64,000 bases of DNA, from NCBI GenBank assembly GCA_963741085.1, contig CAVUGM010000006.1:163158-227157 (forward strand), in the 5' to 3' direction. Below, one piece after another: positions 60,275 through 64,000 of the stretch. Within the stretch, counting starts at the first letter, position 1. Each line of letters starts with the position of its first letter. The translations under genes and the position numbers were made by a program. Origin of the DNA: an uncultured Chloroflexia bacterium (GTDB lineage Bacteria > Chloroflexota > Limnocylindria > Limnocylindrales > CSP1-4). The notes under the pieces are model-generated. The model was not told where the DNA came from. It was given only the letters and a program-made list of their open reading frames with translations, and did no database searches.

Positions 60275-60958
60275 ATGCCACGCACGCTCAACCTGGCCAC
60301 GCGGGCAGTTCGGCGCGACGCGTTCCTCGACGTCGCGGAGCGCCTGATCCGCACGAAGGGGTACGAGCCGATGACCGTCCAGGACGTCCTGGACGAGCTC
60401 GACGCCTCGAAGGGCGCCTTCTACCACTACTTCGACTCGAAGGAGGCGCTGCTCGAGGCGGTGATCGAGCGGATGACCGATGCCGCCATGGCAGTGCTCG
60501 CGCCGATCGCCGCCGATCGGAGCCTCCCTGCCGCCGACAAGCTCCAGGCGGTCTTCGCGACCGCAGGTCGCTGGAAGAGCGAGCGGAGCGACCTCCTCCT
60601 GCCCCTCATCCGGGGCTGGTACCAGCCGGGCAACGACATCGTCCGGGTGCGCGCCGAGGCGGCCGCGTACGAGCAGTTCTGCCCGTTGATGGCGACGATC
60701 CTGCGGCAGGGCGTGGCCGAGGGGACGATGGACCCATCGTCCGCAGATCACGCGGCCGTCATCCTCACGGCCCTGCTCGCGGGCTCGACCGACGCGATCC
60801 GGCGCCTGCTCATCGACCGGCTCGACGGCCGCATCGAGTACGACGAGGTCGAGCGATTCATCCACGCCTACGACGAGGCCATCGAGCGGATCCTGGGTCT
60901 GCCACCTGGCTCGTTCGCCCTCGTCGACGATCAATCCATGCACGTCTGGTTCGACTGA
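60275..60958 (+). CDS. TetR/AcrR family transcriptional regulator
   Basis: Contains RRDAFLDVAERLIRTKGYEPMTVQDVLDELDASKGAFYHYFDSKEALL (TetR HTH). The gene is intact and 227 aa long. Confidence 0.85.
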   Translation: MPRTLNLATRAVRRDAFLDVAERLIRTKGYEPMTVQDVLDELDASKGAFYHYFDSKEALLEAVIERMTDAAMAVLAPIAADRSLPAADKLQAVFATAGRWKSERSDLLLPLIRGWYQPGNDIVRVRAEAAAYEQFCPLMATILRQGVAEGTMDPSSADHAAVILTALLAGSTDAIRRLLIDRLDGRIEYDEVERFIHAYDEAIERILGLPPGSFALVDDQSMHVWFD

Positions 60959-60971
60959 GAGAGGAGCTCAC

Positions 60972-61886
60972 ATGGCCGCCGTCATCACCCTCGAGAAGCT
61001 GACGAAGTCCTACGGGGCCAACCGCGGGATCATCGACGTCGACCTCTCGGTCGAGCAGGGCGAGATCGTCGGGTTCCTCGGGCCCAACGGCGCCGGGAAG
61101 ACCACCACGATCCGGACGATGCTCGACCTCATCCGCCCCACGAGTGGCCGGGCCCTCGTGTTCGGGATCGAGTCGAACGTCGACCCGGTCGCGATCCACC
61201 GCCGGGTCGGCTACATCCCGGGCGAGTTCACCCTCTACGACCGGCTGACCGGCGGGCAGACGCTCGAGTACTTCGCGAACCTGCGCGGAGGCGTCGACAG
61301 GGGATACCAGGCCTCGCTGATCGAACGCTTCGATCTCGACCCCACGCGCCGCTTCCGGGAATACAGCAAGGGCAACAAGCAGAAGGTCGGGGTGATCATC
61401 GCCCTCCAGCACCGTCCGGAGCTCCTCGTCCTCGACGAGCCCACCTCCGGCCTCGACCCGCTCGTCCAGCAGACCTTCTTCACGACCCTCCGGGAGGCCG
61501 TGACCGACGGCGCGACCGTCTTCCTCTCGAGCCACATCCTCTCCGAGGTCGAGAAGAGCTCCGACCGGGTGGCGATCATCCGCGAAGGCCGGATCGTCAA
61601 GCTCGACACGGTGGAAGGCCTGCGCGACCTGGCCCACCACCAGGTCGAGCTCCGCTTCGCCGGGACCGTCCCGGCAGCCGCGTTCGAGGCGCTGCCCGGA
61701 GTGAGCGAGCTCGTTGCCGACGACCACGTCCTCCGGATGCGGGTCGCCGGGCCGATCACCCCGGTCGTGCAGGCTGCCGCCCGCTACGAGCTGCTCGACT
61801 TCGTCTCCCGCGAGCCGTCCCTCGAGGAGACGTTCCTTGCCCAATACGGCCGCGAGGCCGTCGAGGTGACCAACGATGGCCGTTAG
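60972..61886 (+). CDS. ABC transporter ATP-binding protein
   Basis: Contains GPNGAGKTT, YSKGNKQKVGVI, LLVLDEPTSGLD and SSHILSE, plus a C-terminal regulatory extension. Confidence 0.9.
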   Translation: MAAVITLEKLTKSYGANRGIIDVDLSVEQGEIVGFLGPNGAGKTTTIRTMLDLIRPTSGRALVFGIESNVDPVAIHRRVGYIPGEFTLYDRLTGGQTLEYFANLRGGVDRGYQASLIERFDLDPTRRFREYSKGNKQKVGVIIALQHRPELLVLDEPTSGLDPLVQQTFFTTLREAVTDGATVFLSSHILSEVEKSSDRVAIIREGRIVKLDTVEGLRDLAHHQVELRFAGTVPAAAFEALPGVSELVADDHVLRMRVAGPITPVVQAAARYELLDFVSREPSLEETFLAQYGREAVEVTNDGR

Positions 61887-63570
61887 TGCCGGCACGCCGC
61901 GCCAGCCAGCGGCGACGACCTTCCCCTCGATCCCGCTTCGCCGCCGCCTCTACGGCTTCGGGAGCATCTACGGCAAGACGGTTCGCGATTCCCGGCTCGC
62001 GTTCATCATCGCGGCGGGCCTCCTGGGCGGGATGGCGCTCGTCATGGGCATTGCGGTGTCGAACATCTTCCCGACGCCGGCCGCCAGGCTGGCGGTGGAC
62101 GCGCTCTTCGGGAGCATCCCCGCTTCGATGATGCGACTGTTCGGCAACGTCGATCTGATCGGCGCGAAGGTCGGCACGCTGGGCGGCTACGTCACCTTCA
62201 AGTACTCCGCGATCTTCGTCCTCGGCACCGCGGTCTGGTCGATCATGGCCCTCTCCGGGACCCTCGCCAGCGAGGCGCGTCGCGGCAGCCTCGACTTCGT
62301 CGCGGCGGCCCCGTTCGGCAAGCGCCGCATCGCCCTCGAGAAGCTGGCCGCCCACCTGACGCTGCTCTGGCTGGCGATGGTGGTCCTCGCGCTCATGACG
62401 ACCTTCAGCTCGAACGTCTTCGGGGACGCCGCCCTCGGCGACCATATCCCGTTGCTGTCAGCCGTCGGCTTCGCCCTGTGGATCGGCCTCCTCGCCATGT
62501 TCTTCGGCGGCATCGCGTTCGCCCTCTCGCCGCTCCTCGGCCGCGCCGGCGCGGCCGGGGTGGCCGGCCTCGGCATGGCCGCCCTGTGGATCACGAACGG
62601 CCTGAACGTCGGCGGTCCGCTGCTGATCCTGAGCCCGTTCAACTGGACATTCGGCCACGTCCCGCTCGTCGGCATCTACGACTGGCCGTCACTTGCGCTG
62701 GTGGGGATCCTCGCCGTCGTCTTCGCAGCGATCGGCGTGGAGCTCTTCGCCCGCCGCGACCTGGGGGTCACGGCCGGCCTCTCCCTGCCGTCCCTGCCGG
62801 CGCCGGTGCTCGGCGTCAATGGACCGACGGCCCGGGCGTTCGGCGATCAGCTCCCGCGGGCACTGGCGTGGGGGATCGGCCTCGGCCTGGTCGGAATCCT
62901 CTACGCGTCGCTCGCCGGGTCTCTCGCCAACCAGCTCGGGTCGTCGTCCGGGCTCCTGGACACGTTCGGCAAGCTCTTCCCCGGGGCCGACTTCAGGACG
63001 ACCGGTGGGTGGATGCAGTTCTACGCCGAGCTGCTGTACATCGCGGCAGGCTTCGCGGCGGCCACGTTCGTGTCCAAGTGGGCTTCGGACGAGACGGACG
63101 GTCGGCTCGAGATGGCTCTCACCACGCCACTGGCGCGGGCGCGCTGGGTGGTCGCGGGCGGGGCCGCGGCGCTCCTGGCAACCGTCGTGATGACCGTCCT
63201 GTTCGCAGCCGGCGTCGGGCTGGGTTCTGCGATGGGCGGCCTCGCCGCGGGCGATGCGATGCTCGGATGTGCCGCGCTCGGCCTGTACGGTGCCGCGATC
63301 GTCGGCATCGGCATGGCTGTCGGCGGCCTGTGGCGATCGTCGATCGCGGCCGAGATCGCCGCCCTGGTCGTCGTCGCCACCTACCTCCTCGACCTCGTGG
63401 CCCCCCCGCTCAACCTGCCCGACTGGCTCCACCAGCTCGCGCTGACAGCCCATTTCGGGAAGCCGATGATGGGGGAGTGGGACGCGGCCGGCGTCGTCGC
63501 CTGCCTCGTGATCGCGGTCGGCGGCATCCTGGTCGGCGCGTGGGGCATGACCCGGCGTGACGTCGATTGA
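61876..63570 (+). CDS. ABC transporter permease (12-TM, ABC-2 like)
   Basis: A 564-aa, highly hydrophobic duplicated six-TM protein. It overlaps the ATPase gene by 11 nt. Confidence 0.8.
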   Translation: MAVSAGTPRQPAATTFPSIPLRRRLYGFGSIYGKTVRDSRLAFIIAAGLLGGMALVMGIAVSNIFPTPAARLAVDALFGSIPASMMRLFGNVDLIGAKVGTLGGYVTFKYSAIFVLGTAVWSIMALSGTLASEARRGSLDFVAAAPFGKRRIALEKLAAHLTLLWLAMVVLALMTTFSSNVFGDAALGDHIPLLSAVGFALWIGLLAMFFGGIAFALSPLLGRAGAAGVAGLGMAALWITNGLNVGGPLLILSPFNWTFGHVPLVGIYDWPSLALVGILAVVFAAIGVELFARRDLGVTAGLSLPSLPAPVLGVNGPTARAFGDQLPRALAWGIGLGLVGILYASLAGSLANQLGSSSGLLDTFGKLFPGADFRTTGGWMQFYAELLYIAAGFAAATFVSKWASDETDGRLEMALTTPLARARWVVAGGAAALLATVVMTVLFAAGVGLGSAMGGLAAGDAMLGCAALGLYGAAIVGIGMAVGGLWRSSIAAEIAALVVVATYLLDLVAPPLNLPDWLHQLALTAHFGKPMMGEWDAAGVVACLVIAVGGILVGAWGMTRRDVD

Positions 63571-64000
63571 TGGCTGAGGGGGTCGCGGTGCGCGCCTCGC
63601 CGCCGCCCCCCAGCCCCTGGGCGGCGCGCACGGTGACCGGGGGGCCAGGCGGCGTCGTCCGTTGCGCCTGGGGCGTGGAGGACGACCCGCTCTACCTCGC
63701 CTACCACGACCGGGAGTGGGGCCGGCCCTCACGCGACGAGCGGCACCTCTTCGAGATGCTCGTGCTGGAGGGCGCCCAGGCAGGGCTCTCGTGGGCGACG
63801 ATTCTGCGCAAGCGCGAGGGCTACCGGCGAGCGTTCGGCGGCTTCGACCCCGCGAGCGTGGCGGCGTTCGACGCGGCGGACGTGTCCCGGCTCCTGGCCG
63901 ATCCCGGCATCGTCCGCAACCGCCTCAAGGTGGAGAGCAGTGTGGCCAACGCGCGGGCGGTGCTGGCGCTCATCGGCAACGGCGGCTCGCTCGCCGACCT
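63570..64000 (+). CDS. tag: DNA-3-methyladenine glycosylase I (partial, runs off the window)
   Basis: The ATG shares a base with the permease stop. Contains RCAWGVEDDPLYLAYHDREWGRP, LFEMLVLEGAQAGLSWATILRKREGYRRAF and DPGIVRNRLK. It is not in the ORF track because there is no stop before the window edge. Confidence 0.85.
   Translation, partial: MAEGVAVRASPPPPSPWAARTVTGGPGGVVRCAWGVEDDPLYLAYHDREWGRPSRDERHLFEMLVLEGAQAGLSWATILRKREGYRRAFGGFDPASVAAFDAADVSRLLADPGIVRNRLKVESSVANARAVLALIGNGGSLAD

Overview
Very GC-rich chromosomal segment (roughly 70% or more by eye; SD-type AGGAGG ribosome sites, F420/LLM-type enzymes, RegX3/SenX3-like signalling, so probably an Actinomycetota-like or similar high-GC lineage). 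I support about 65 protein-coding genes. I saw no rRNA, tRNA, CRISPR array, integrase, transposase or prophage genes.

Main themes:
1. A dense phosphate/polyphosphate neighbourhood at 35-54 kb: pit plus a DUF47 partner, a SenX3/PhoR-like kinase, pstSCAB-phoU translationally coupled to arsC and sixA, a Ppx/GppA phosphatase, a CYTH-CHAD protein, ppk1 and DUF971.
2. An arsenic module (arsN2-arsM, arsR, arsC) with no efflux pump.
3. A hydantoin/reductive-pyrimidine cluster: dihydropyrimidinase, LLM oxidoreductase, beta-ureidopropionase, class-III aminotransferase and a second LLM.
4. Housekeeping genes: proS, gltX, mdh, upp, lgt, plsC, cbs, tag.
5. Regulators (Lrp, ECF sigma and anti-sigma, DtxR-family, ArsR, two TetR, RegX3-like response regulator) and three ABC-2 type transporter sets.

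Major caveat: at least 23 genes, including the normally indispensable proS, can only be read by hopping between frames. These genes cluster in blocks separated by long intact blocks. This looks like consensus indel error rather than biology, but I cannot settle that from the sequence alone.

Most long ORFs in the six-frame track are Arg/Pro/Gly-rich shadow ORFs typical of high-GC DNA. All calls come from reading motifs by eye. Frameshift positions are approximate (about +/-20 nt) and several start codons are provisional.
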